A DNA stretch of 64,000 nucleotides from Camelus ferus (Eukaryota). The stretch spans positions 23,560,001 to 23,624,000 of the forward strand of contig NC_045724.1 in the NCBI RefSeq assembly GCF_009834535.1, written 5' to 3'. Below are positions 38,831-50,330 of the stretch, one piece after another. The notes under the pieces are model-generated. The model was not told where the DNA came from. It saw nothing but the letters and a program-made list of their open reading frames with translations, and searched no databases. The translations under genes were made by a program, and so were the position numbers. Positions within the stretch are counted from its first letter, which is position 1, and each line of letters opens with the position of its first letter.

Positions 38831-41800
38831 CCCTCTCAAGGCAGGAGGACGAGAAGAGGAGACCCTTTAAGAATCAGAAGGCGGGAGGGTGTGGGGGGAA
38901 CCACAGAGCACAGAGTCAGTCACCCCTGCTGCCATCAGTGCGTCACGGTCGCCGCCGTCTGCGGGGTCGGTGTCCATGTCCCGAGAGCAGCGTTTTAGCC
39001 CGTGGTTGTCGTGCCCAGGGCCGGAGTGAGGCCTGTCTGATCCACCATCTTCATCCTGAAGGTGTTTGCTTCCTAGGTACGGGCGCCATGGTCCCATTTG
39101 CAAACACCAAAAAAAGAAAAAGAAAAAAAAGAGAAAGAAATTTCGTGACTACTGTGTTTTTTAAATAATGCCTCATATTTCAATATTACTATAGCTGTTT
39201 TATTATCCTTTTGAAAAACGAATGTATCCTACAGAAATGATGTTAGCGCCCACCAGGAATGATGTTTTCTTTTTTTCCTAGAGTAATATTTTATACGTCA
39301 AACCCATGGACCTGTTTTTGGGGGTCTAATTTTCTTCCTTTTTTTTTCTGTACGCTGTACTGTCGAATGAGGTCANNNNNNNNNNNNNNNNNNNNNNNNN
39401 NNNNNNNNNNNNNNNNNNNNNNNNNNNNNNNNNNNNNNNNNNNNNNNNNNNNNNNNNNNNNNNNNNNNNNNNNNNNNNNNNNNNNNNNNNNNNNNNNNNN
39501 NNNNNNNNNNNNNNNNNNNNNNNNNNNNNNNNNNNNNNNNNNNNNNNNNNNNNNNNNNNNNNNNNNNNNNNNNNNNNNNNNNNNNNNNNNNNNNNNNNNN
39601 NNNNNNNNNNNNNNNNNNNNNNNNNNNNNNNNNNNNNNATATGAGGGTCACTGTTTGGTTGTGCTGGGGGCTTTTTTAGGACTTGCTACGGTGGCGCAAC
39701 CGAACGGNNNNNNNNNNNNNNNNNNNNNNNNNNNNNNNNNNNNNNNNNNNNNNNNNNNNNNNNNNNNNNNNNNNNNNNNNNNNNNNNNNNNNNNNNNNNN
39801 NNNNNNNNNNNNNNNNNNNNNNNNNNNNNNNNNNNNNNNNNNNNNNNNNNNNNNNNNNNNNNNTTAAAATGCAAACTGCTCAGTCTTGTTTAATTAGACC
39901 GCTAAGCAAACATTTTTCAAAAATGTATATCATCATTGTTTATTCGTATTTACATCAATAATCAAAATGGCTTTAGTTCTAGGTTTGACTTCAGCGTCTC
40001 TTAATATAGTCTTCAGAAGAATGCTTCATTTTCTGAGCTGAAAGCAAGAGAGATCGTGTTACTTCAGGCTTTGCTTGTGTTTTTCTTGGTCTTTGGTTGT
40101 TTTAATATGAGTGATCTTAAATGCAGGCATTGAAATTAGCTGACTTTTAAATTTTTGACCTTTGTAGATAACACATAATTTTGGTATTTTTAAACTGAAG
40201 TGACCCATTTAATCTTAAAGTCCACTTAAAAATTAATGTTCTCCTGATAATTCGCCCCCCCCCCCCCAAGCTTGAGAAACCTTGTTCGTTGGCTGGAAAA
40301 AAAAGCAATGGTGGTTTCTGTTGTTTGATTGTTGGGGTTGGGTAGGAGCAGGTTGGTTTGTTTTTATTTATTTTTAGTTTCTCACATGTTTCCATACCTT
40401 CAACTAAAGCGAGGTGCTTTCAACTACTTTGTTTTTGAGTCTTACTTACTGTTAGGTTACCTTTTGTTAATTGTGCAGAAATCCAATGTGGAGAACTTTA
40501 CATTAAAAAGGTCGGAGAGCCTTGGCATTTACACTTTGACACTCCCCGTGCCCTTCCAAGGGTAGCACCAAAGAGTTAGTGTTAAAGTTTATTTATTGGA
40601 AAACGTGACTTATTGAGCCACTGCTGCGTGCTGGGCCCGGAGGCTCTCCAGTCGCTGGTCGCTGGGCGGCCCTTACAACAGGGCTGGTACACAGGTGGAC
40701 CTGAGGCTCCTCTCTCTGGGGCCTTCGTCCTGCCGCTTCCCAGCATCACATGAGACACTCGGGAGAGAAGTCAAGAAAGCTGGCCAGTAAGCCCCAGAAA
40801 GACATTATGGGACCAAAATGAAATGGATGCAGTTCACTGCAGCCAGGGCAGCCCCTCGCACGACAGAGACGCAGGGTGGTAAAGGCCCGGAGAACCAAAC
40901 TTCCCAGTACAACCTCTCACTTTTCGCCCTCCTATTGTGGGAAATGTTTGTGGCTTGAGCTGCAGGTGGTGTCTGCATAAACAAGCTTACCTCCCACAAA
41001 CCAGCTGTTAATTAAGGAGACATGCTTGTTCCCTCCAGCCTCCACAAGGTCAGATAACCAAGCTGGCTGAATACCCCACTTCCCATCCTTCGCCATCTTG
41101 TCTTTCATGCATACACAGCTTTGGTGGGAGTTTGGGTGGACATTGGCTTGAAGTCTTTATCATTTGAATAGAAAATAAATTAATATCTTAAAGCCAAGAC
41201 TGAGAATTGAGGACATTTGATAATAGATGTCTTTTGAGTCTTTACCCAAGTTACCCTCAAACATGGATAAAAGTCGAAGGAAATATCCTGAGTGAAAAAT
41301 CAGCCCTCTGATCATTCTGCTGAATTTTTTTTTCAGAAATGTAAATTCCCAACAGTATTATGCCTTCAAAAGAACCTGCAAGTAAATAGAGAACAATTCG
41401 TTTTTAAATCTCTTGATTTTTTTTCAGTGGTTAAAAACCATGTGACAATCTCCTACAGAAAGAGACAACCACAAGATTAATTAAGCTGCTTTTTTGGTCA
41501 TTTCCAGCAAAGCTTGCTTATGCCACTCTTGAATTCACCAGATAAGCTAAAAATAAATCTCAGTGTATAATGCTTTTTGTTTACCAGATACAGCTATATA
41601 CTTCAGAGATTCTGTCCTTGAATTTTTAATAACTCAGCAAGGATTAGAAGTCAACACTCCACCATACCAGTGTATTAAAAGACTCTTCCTGAAGTCTGAT
41701 TATTATTTGCCAGTTAATAGACTTTTCAATTAAAAAATATTTGCTCAGTCTTACGCTCTTGCTTGTCTCCTCCAGCGGTTGTTTTGAATTTCTTTCCCTA

Positions 41801-42373
41801 TCCTAGTCCGACAACTGTTAAAAAGCTTTGGTTGAAATTTTTTAGCTGAGAAAAAAGTACAAATAAAAGAAGAAGCAGATGGTCCCTTTGTGATTGAATG
41901 NNNNNNNNNNNNNNNNNNNNNNNNNNNNNNNNNNNNNNNNNNNNNNNNNNNNNNNNNNNNNNNNNNNNNNNNNNNNNNNNNNNNNNNNNNNNNNNNNNNN
42001 NNNNNNNNNNNNNNNNNNNNNNNNNNNNNNNNNNNNNNNNAAACATAAACTTCGAGGGGTTTAGAGCCTTTTCCCTTTGTTTTGATTGAGTTGGCTTTTC
42101 TCAATTTTAAATTGTTTCTCGATTCAATTGATCTGCTCCAGAATAGAATTCAGGGTTTTCTAACACATGTTTAAATGAGGGGAAGGTAAGAAGAATGGGG
42201 TTGTGGGCGCTTCTTTTCCATCTTTAAGTTTTCTGGGTCCTTGGGACAAGCCTGCCCTTGCAGGGAGGCGAGCAAGAAGGCAGCGGTGTTTGCAAACAAT
42301 GGGTAACTAGTAGGTGCTTTTCTTCTTAAAAAGGCCCTGTGATCCTTATTTGTGGCCTTGCTTTCCCTTTCAG

Positions 42374-42525
42374 GGATTTAATCTGCAACCCGACTATCAG
42401 ACTATAATCAACCCTACATCTACAGCTGCGCAAGTGGTCACCCAGGCCATGGAGTACGTGCGCTCCGGGTGCAGAAATCCGCCCGCCCAGCCGGTGGACT
42501 GGAATAGCGACTACTGCAGCAGTGG
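42374..42525 (+). CDS. TOX: TOX exon (human exon 8 equivalent), 152 bp, phase 0/2: GFNLQPDYQTIINPTSTAAQVVTQAMEYVRSGCRNPPAQPVDWNSDYCSS(G)
   Basis: Acceptor ctttccctttcag ending at 42373; donor GG|gtaagc at 42526. Carries the conserved TOX-family C-terminal EYVRSGCRNPP...DW...YC motif. Confidence 0.96.
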
Positions 42526-42540
42526 GTAAGCGGCCGGCCG

Positions 42541-42554
42541 TCGCCACCTGCTGG
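42541..42554 (-). promoter_or_regulatory. CTCF-type core motif (minus strand CCAGCAGGTGGCGA)
   Basis: 13/14 match to CCASYAGRKGGCRS, 15 nt inside intron 8. Binding not shown. Confidence 0.6.
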
Positions 42555-42865
42555 CGGGCCGCTCTCATAGCATGCGTGTGGTGCCCCGCTCCCTAGGCGA
42601 CGCAAGGGGCCGGCGTCCGTCCCTTCCTGCTTCCCTAAAGATAATCTGGAATGGTTCCGTGTTGGGGGAAGCAGGCGTTGTCCAGCAGCCTTGCAACCGT
42701 TCCAAGAATAGACCCGTTTAGATCCAGTCCGCTTTTGCTGCGCCCCGGCCCGGTGCCCGGTGCCCCGCCCCGGCCCGCAGACTAGAGCCAGCGTGCACAG
42801 CCCCCGGGCTCGCGCGGCGCGGGCTGTCTGGTTAACGCGACGCCGTTTGTTTTCTCTCCACACAG

Positions 42866-42902
42866 AGGCGTGCAGAGGGACAAAGCACTGTACCTCACCT
42901 GA
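42866..42902 (+). CDS. TOX: TOX terminal coding exon (human exon 9 equivalent), 37 coding bp: (G)GVQRDKALYLT*
   Basis: Acceptor tttctctccacacag ending at 42865. The first base completes the split GGA codon, and the frame ends QRDKALYLT-TGA, the known TOX C-terminus. Confidence 0.95.
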
Positions 42903-45215
42903 GAATCTGAACACCTCCTCTTTCCACTGAGGCATTCAGGGAAGTCTTTCCGCCGCGGGTTGCTTTGCGCCGCCAGGCAGCCCTCCGTCTGATTAGAAAA
43001 TTCAAGTTGCTGAGCACTTAGGACCATTTGAGCTCGTGGGTCCCCCACTCTGGAAGAAATAGTCATGCTTCTTTATTATTTTTTTAATCCTTTCTGGACG
43101 CTGTTTCCCCTCGCCCTGAAGGAGGCGTGGGCCGCCCCGGTTTTGTGTTGGGTTTGCTGTGAAGTGCTGCCATAGTCCTGCCTTAGCGACTGTAGACGTC
43201 CCGGGTGAAGCCCGGCTTTCCCAGTGGTTTTCATAATGGGTGTTTATATGAAACTACTAAAGACTTTTTAAATGGCTTGATGTAGCAGTCATAGCAGGTT
43301 TGTANNNNNNNNNNNNNNNNNNNNNNNNNNNNNNNNNNNNNNNNNNNNNNNNNNNNNNNNNNNNNNNNNNNNNNNNNNNNNNNNNNNNNNNNNNNNNNNN
43401 NNNNNNNNNNNNNNNNNNNNNNNNNNNNNNNNNNNNNNNNNNNNNNNNNNNNNCTGACTAATAGTTCTATATTTTCAAAATATTTGGAAAAAAACATATT
43501 CCCAAATGATTTTAATTTCAAAAAAAAATTGGCTTTGTCTCATTGATCAGACAAAAAGAGACCATATGAAGGGAAACGCAAACACATTTATTTTNNNNNN
43601 NNNNNNNNNNNNNNNNNNNNNNNNNNNNNNNNNNNNNNNNNNNNNNNNNNNNNNNNNNNNNNNNNNNNNNNNNNNNNNNNNNNNNNNNNNNNNNNNNNNN
43701 NNNNNNNNNNNNNNNNNNNNNNNNNNNNNNNNNNNNNNNNNNNNNNNNNNNNNNNNNNNNNNNNNNNNNNNNNNNNNNNNNNNNNNNNNNNNNNNNNNNN
43801 NNNNNNNNNNNNNNNNNNNNNNNNNNNNNNNNNNNNNNNNNNNNNNNNNNNNNNNNNNNNNNNNNNNNNNNNNNNNNNNNNNNNNNNNNNNNNNNNNNNN
43901 NNNNNNNNNNNNNNNNNNNNNNTTGGTGTGAATCCTTTATTACTTAGTTTTTACAGTGAATAAAGCCAAACCTACTTTTCATTTTAGCAGCAAATTAAAG
44001 TAACCAACTCTTATTTCTCCATTTCTTTGGTTGACGCAGGTGAAAAACTATGATATCTAAGAACTTTCCTTCATACAATAGAACAGAGAATTGCCCTAAA
44101 AGTCACACAGGCTCCAAGACTGAACAGATGGTTCTCTATCTGGGGAAAAAAATAAAGGGTGGCTTCTTGGTTCTCAGCTGGTTTTAGTCAATTCTGTAAA
44201 CTCCCCTCCCCCCCAAAAAATGTTGGAAGTTGAATCAATCAAAATTCCTCAGTCTGCATGCTTTTCACAAAATCCAAAAAGCATTTAGGAATTAAACCAG
44301 GGATGGGAGGAGGGAAAGGGAATGTGTACTGTCAAGACTTCATCTAAAAATCAAAGGCGAGTAACCAGACAGTAAAGAAGAAAGGGGGTCGCAGCCCCAG
44401 ATTAAAAGCTGTTGATAGAAGTTGAGGTTCTTGCTGTCATTTGGGTCTCTCCAAGCTACTCTCTTTCCAGAATTCTTGGGTCTTCTGGAGAATTGGTCCT
44501 AGAGATTTGCTAAAGAACCAAAAGCGTTGAGAATCTGGCTGAAGGTTGGCATAGCTTTTTCATCAAAAAGAGCAAATTACTCCCTTCCAAGGGATTCTAT
44601 CAAGAAAGCTCGTCTGGTTGGAGATCAGAATGGCTGATGTGTCTTCCGTGGCATGTGTGAAACTAACTTAGCCATTTAATAACTATGAATATTTGCATCG
44701 TGTAATCCAGTCAGAATTAAAAAGACNNNNNNNNNNNNNNNNNNNNNNNNNNNNNNNNNNNNNNNNNNNNNNNNNNNNNNNNNNNNNNNNNNNNNNNNNN
44801 NNNNNNNNNNNNNNNNNNNNNNNNNNNNNNNNNNNNNNNNNNNNNNNNNNNNNNNNNNNNNNNNNNNNNNNNNNNNNNNNNNNNNNNNNNNNNNNNNNNN
44901 NNNNNNNNNNNNNNNNNNNNNNNNNNNNNNNNNNNNNNNNNNNNNNNNNNNNNNNNNNNNNNNTATTTATTATATGATGAGAAAGTAAAATTTTCACTTG
45001 TGTTAAGGCTAAACTGAGAAGGTAATTACCAGGATGCAAGCAACCAGCTTGGACTTTGACAGGTGGGCTGTGCAGGAGAGAACAATGTTGTTTACAGTTT
45101 TTCTAGAGCAGGTGTGCAACCAGGGTAGAGAGAGTGTTGAAACTCGAGACCAAAAACAGTCTAAAAAATGTAAATAAAAGAAAATACATCATAAATAAAA
45201 ATTCTTACCATGCGT
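42903..45215 (+). other. TOX: TOX 3'UTR (approximate end)
   Basis: Follows the stop codon, is AT-rich and nearly repeat-free, and ends at tandem AATAAA hexamers. The length (~2.3 kb) agrees with my recall of the human UTR. Three segments are N-masked. Confidence 0.7.
45173..45199 (+). terminator. TOX: Tandem polyadenylation signals, AATAAA at 45173-45178 and 45194-45199
   Basis: Two canonical hexamers in an A-rich stretch ~2.3 kb past the stop, followed by T-rich sequence (tattctattt). Confidence 0.65.
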
Positions 45216-47094
45216 GACCGTATTCTATTTGGATATCCATCAGTCTCTGAAAGGCAGACCCAGCCAGATGAGAGATCCCAAATCAATGTCAGGGCAGAAG
45301 CCATGAGGCACAGAAGAGGAGAGTGGCCACCCTGGGCCCAGGCATTCCTTCCCCAGACACTGAGAAGGCCCTCTGACAGGCGTTGCCTGAGAAATCCTCC
45401 ACTTTTAAGGAAGCCAGAGTCTGGCCTGGGCGCAGCAGCTCATACTTGTAACTCTAAGGCACAGCGGTGATGTACACCGAGTTCCCTGCCCTGAAGCCCT
45501 CCGCAGGATTCCTGGACCTCCAGTAAAGGCATTCCGGGCAACTCAGCAACGGTGCTGAACATGGACTGTCTTTACCAAGGCACCAGAGTCAAAATGATAA
45601 CTCATTAGAAAAGGAAAAAAAGGCTGGGAGAGGGTTGAATCAACTCTCCAACATACACAAGAAAGAATCCTCAAAATCCCCATTCCCATTCATTCTAATG
45701 TGAATGAGTCAACAGTGAAAAATCAGTCAAATAGTGCCTTCTGGTCAGTCCAGTTAGCGAACATGGCTAAGGATGAAGGCTGGTCTCTGTGACTCTTCAC
45801 CTCGTTGCCATAAAGGGAAGGAGCTCCTTCTGAATGAGACAGGAGTGGTCAGCAGCAGTCTTGAGGACAAAGAACGTCTGTCCTGACTCCGATTGATGAT
45901 TAAGAATTTTTTTCCGTTTATGAATTCAGAATTAACTAAGCACATCAACAGCCCATATACTGTTTCTGTGGACCTCTTGTCTTTTTCAGAAGAGTTGCCC
46001 CAAACATCTGAAAGGTAGACTGAGCTATAGGAAAGTGCCTAAATATCCTTTTTTCCTACAAAAGTGGCAGTTTCATTGGTTCCACCTAAGATGATTGGGA
46101 ACTAGGGACGATGGGGCTCTGGCTCCAACTTCAGTATAATTTCAGATGGAGTTAGAAGTTCTTTACAAAGACGCCATCAGTCTTGTTCACAAGGTGCCCA
46201 CTTCCAATCAGTCCCCGACAGCTACGTTCAATTAAACCAAGAATATTTAACTTACCAGATTCCAGTAAACCTCCATAAACATCCTAGTTCTCTGGTTCTT
46301 TGATTTAGTATAAAAAATTTATGTGGAAATTTGCAATAGATCAGTTATCTGCTGGAACATGACAGTCTTTGTTACACACAGGTGCTCTGTTAATGTTTAT
46401 TTGTTGAAAGAGATTTTGAGCTGCATTTTCTTGCTCCATTTGTAACTCTCATTTGAAGGTAACTGTAGAAACAGAGAAGTTCTCCTCTTCTGCTGAGAGC
46501 TGAACATTGAACTAGTGGGACGGTGCCGCAGTCAAACCCTAAGTCTAAGCCCCGAACATTTACCTCACTGAGTCACCTAATGGATGCATTCATGTGAGTC
46601 ACCCAACAGCACAGATCTCTCTGTTTCCCTAAAATAGAACAATTTCTTTACCTCCAAAGCAACTTGAATGTCATAGCCCAGAGTAGGTGCCCAACAAGTG
46701 CGATGATATGTCGAAAGATGAGTGGAACATCACCAGTTTTCCTCCGCAGCAGTTCTGTGCTGTTTCTTTGATGACTTCAAAGCTCTTTAAATGTAGACGG
46801 GAATTAAACCTTGCAGACAAGCATTGAGAGGTGAAGAGGAGTGGAAATTTTTTAAGAAACCTAAGGTTACAGAGAGATTGAAAGAAAGAATTTCAAAATG
46901 AGTGGTGCTGTCTTCATTTGGTCTACATAAACAAACAAGAGTGTCTTAGTTACAAAAGTAAAAGACTATACGCTAGTCACATCGAGAAACTGAGAAGCCA
47001 AGGAGAAGAAAGGTGTCAGACAAGTGGGAGTGCTGAGCACAGGGGAGAAATTTCAGGAGACGAGTTTATAAAATGCTAAACTGAAACGTTGACG

Positions 47095-47180
47095 TGGGAG
47101 AGTATAGCTCAGTGGTAGAGCGCGTGCTTAGCGTGCATGGGGTCCTGGGTTCAATCCCCAGTGCCTCCATTAAAACAAAA
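47095..47180 (+). mobile_element. Short tRNA-Ala(AGC)-derived SINE (camelid vic-1-like)
   Basis: A box TAGCTCAGTGG at 47105-47115, B box GGTTCAATCC at 47148-47157, ends cctccattaaaacaaaa. The 5' GGGAGAGTATAGCTC start is SINE-like and the acceptor stem is disrupted. Confidence 0.85.
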
Positions 47181-47303
47181 TGGTGAACAGGGTGCTGGAT
47201 TGTTTTTCTAATTACAGTGTATGAGTCTGACTTGATGAAAGGAATAAAAGACCCTACTTCCCGGTCTCTGCTTTATTGTATCAGGATAAGAAGACACGGT
47301 CCT

Positions 47304-47449
47304 GAGGAGAGGGTGTAGCTCAAGTGGTAGAGGGTGTGCCTGGCATGCCCAGGGTCTTGAGTTCAATCCCCAGTACCTCCTCTAAAATAAATAAATAGAA
47401 ACCTAATTACCTCCCCCTACAAAAAAATAAATTTAAAAAAAAGAAAAAG
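47304..47449 (+). mobile_element. Full vic-1-like SINE with tail
   Basis: gagggtgtagctcaagtggtagag...gagttcaatccccagtacctcctctaaaataaataaatagaaacctaattacctccccct plus A-rich tail. Flanks aagacacggtcct / aagaaatggtccc may be a degenerate TSD. Confidence 0.88.
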
Positions 47450-49399
47450 AAATGGTCCCTTCTAAAAAGATGCTCAAAGGAGATTTCCCTAGCTTTATTT
47501 GGAACCAGGTCCCAGTATGGAAGAGCCTTCCCTAACAGAGAAGCTTCCAGATCCTCACACAAAACGATGGCTTGTAAGGGCAGGAGCTGCCTGACATCAC
47601 AGTCCCAAAGGAGGGAGGCTGGGAGCTGCGGGAGGGAGGAGTAACCTCGGAACCAAGACACACACGCTTCGCAGTACGTGTGTCTACAGAGATGTTAGAC
47701 TCAGCTCTCTCTCTGACTCAGCCAACATCTCGTCCTTGGTATCCGGAATCAGATCCCACGTAGGAGGCAGGAAGTGAAGGTGCAGTTCTTGCTCCGGGAC
47801 CTGGAGACCCCTGAGGACGGCGCCGGGCCCTCTGTCCGCGCTGGTCAGTTGTGCCTTCTTGGCAGAACCCACCAGCGCAAACCCTCCCCGTCATCATTTC
47901 ACATTTTATCAGCAGCTTGCCAGAAGAGATGTTTGAACGTGAAATTTCATTCACACTGACGTGAGGCCAGAAAAAACCAAAATGGTGACTGGAAATAAAA
48001 TGGAAACACTTACAATTCTACATACCGAAAGGGACCAAAAAAAAAAAAATTCTCAAGAGAGACAGAACCAAACCACAGTACTTTCAAGGCTGCAGCATCC
48101 CTGTTTGGCAATTGTGTGTTTACAATAAGCCTAAGCATAATTGCTGTGATGGGCTGTCAGGGAAAAGATTAATTTGGCAAAAATTAGTATTGACTTGCTG
48201 TTTATTAAGGCTTTTAAACAGCTGTATCTGGCAGCGTTCCTGTAAGTGCCTGTCGTATCTGAAAATCAGCCTCACACCCTGGTGCTCGCCAGCTGTTACT
48301 GAACAATCTTCCACCACTTTGAATGCCTTTCTCCAGGCCAAATAGCAAGAGCAAACTATTGCCAAATGAGCCTTTTTCTCCTCCTGTCACTTTTCTTTCC
48401 TTTCTGAGGTGGGGGAGGGGAGTGTCTGAATGCTGAAATGTCAGCCCGTGGCCGATGGCGGAGCTGATACGAGGTGCCGGAAGGCGGCAGGTGGCTTGGG
48501 GACTAGAGGAACGTTCCCCACGTAGAGAGTGGCGGTGCTGTTAGTCACCTCGCACACGCGAGAAAACCACAGCCTGCAACTGTTGGAAGGCAAAAGGGTT
48601 TCAAGACAGTTAGAAATCGGTGATCAAAGGCTCGGCGCCATCAGATTTCCAAAACCCATGTTTTGTTCCCTCGGACGGGCACAGGCCCCATCAGCCACAA
48701 GGCTGGGGGAAGACCCCGCCGGGGGACGCTGAGGCGAAGTTGGGTGGGGACCGTTCATCTGTGTCCCAAGGACCAGAACTTCCTCACCCAGACTCTGAAG
48801 GGGGACCAGCCACTCAGTCAAACGTACACCTCTCATTTTGATTCAGTGGAAACTTGTAGAATGAGATGGATTTGGAATGTTCTGAAGTCTGTCAAAGAAA
48901 GGGCAGATTGAGTTTTGTGCTGGAATAAGAGCCAGTGGTTTCCAAGTACAGTCGTGAAGGCGATGGAAAGAATAACATTCCAGGGTGGTTAAACACCAGG
49001 CTATAAAGGGCCCAGTGTTAGGGCGAGAGTCACACGAGCCTTTGCAATATGACTGCTTTTACAAAGATTAATCTCAACTTTTTCGAGCTGCAGCAGGCTG
49101 GAGAAAAGTTGGCCAAGAGGATGCACAAGGACACGGTCATCTCTTAACCCTTCCAGGGCTGGCACTTCCCTTTAAACTCAGGGAGAGGGGGACGAGCCTA
49201 GGAGCTAAGCCTGAAGCAGGTGTTTGTCAATGTGTGACCTCCAAGTAACTTTGTTCTGAAGTCTTTGCCCTCCATGCGGTCTGATGCCTGAAGTTTGACT
49301 TGGGATCAAATCCGGTCCAGCTCCAAGGCACAGACAAACATATCCTACTGCTCAGCCCCAAGGGTGTGCCGCTCCTCCCTGGACCTCCCCGAGCTCTAG

Positions 49400-50330
49400 C
49401 CCTGATCCTCGCCACACACCCTGAGGGCGGGCGACGTCGGACTAAGTCAGCTCGTACAAGCAGAGAAGAGAAGCGCCTCCCGCCTGAGAACGAGACGCGT
49501 GTCGCACTGAGCCCCGCAGGCCCTCATGGAGCCGGGCTCGCTGCCCCGCACCCAGCCTGGTCCTGCTCGTGCCCAGCTTTGGGCAAAGGGAAGTCCAGGG
49601 TGCGGGAGTCACGTAAAAATGCATCTACGACCGTGAGTCACAGACTGTTCTAAGTCCCACCACAGCCCTAGACTTACGGGTGCTGTGGCCGATTCCGAGG
49701 GCAGGAGCTGCTGCCGCCGGCGCCTGCCCCCCACCCGCACCCGGGAAGTCGGGCCCAGCGCCGCGCCCTGCAGCAACGCGCCCTCCCGACGTGGGCCCGC
49801 GGCCCCTTGGCCCTCAGGGGCGGCGCCACCGCCGGAGTCAAAGCACACCTGTTGCTGATTAAATTCAACTCCGGGAGTGCAACATCAACCTTTTATTCCA
49901 AAAAAAAGCTAATGTTATTTCTAAAAGAATCCAGGAAAATCCAGGATGGGGAAAGCGGGGGCCGCTTGGGCTTCTGCTTTTCCTGTTCGGCAGGAAAACA
50001 TCTGACACACGAATTTATGGCTTTGCAGGTTTGGTTACCTGTCATCAGGTAACTACGCTGCGAGTGGGAGGTGAGGGTGAAACCGATTCAAAGGTGGAAG
50101 CTGGTGAGGGCAGCAGGCCAGGCGAGGGCCTAGTGCTCTGTTGAGGTCTCCACTCTGGTTGTACGAGGACCGAGGGGAAGAGTGAGGGAAAGGACACCGT
50201 CTCCGCGGATAAAGTCCTTCCAGAGACATCACGTTGTTGATAGGATGCTCAAGCACGGAGACCTTGTGCCTATGAAACCAGCCCGCGCCAGCACGCGGGG
50301 CCAGGTTTCTCTTTGACCTGGTTTGATCCA
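49400..50330. promoter_or_regulatory. Intergenic (orphan) CpG island downstream of TOX
   Basis: Very CpG-dense core at 49690-49840, GC boxes (GGGCGG at ~49425, GGGGCGG at ~49817). No coding exon recognised. Confidence 0.7.

Larger units (their letters stand above)
42450..43210. promoter_or_regulatory. CpG island spanning the end of exon 8, intron 8, exon 9 and the start of the 3'UTR
   Basis: Dense CpG by eye (gcggccggccgtcgcc, cgcgcggcgcggg, ccgccgcggg). Confidence 0.75.

Noticed and set aside
39639-39707. 69-bp island between two N-blocks with tRNA-Asn-like or CTCF-like words (gtggcgcaaccgaacgg)
   Set aside because: The matches are short and imperfect and the context is masked, so no call is supportable.
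19247-45039. ORFs running through N-blocks
   Set aside because: Artefacts: undefined bases contain no stop codons.
47095-47170. Functional tRNA-Ala(AGC) gene
   Set aside because: The acceptor stem is disrupted, the 5' end matches the SINE consensus start, an A-rich tail follows instead of a T-run terminator, and a sister SINE lies next to it.
49808-49835. CTCF motif within the orphan CpG island
   Set aside because: Multiple mismatches or a spacing error relative to the core on both strands; better explained as GC boxes.
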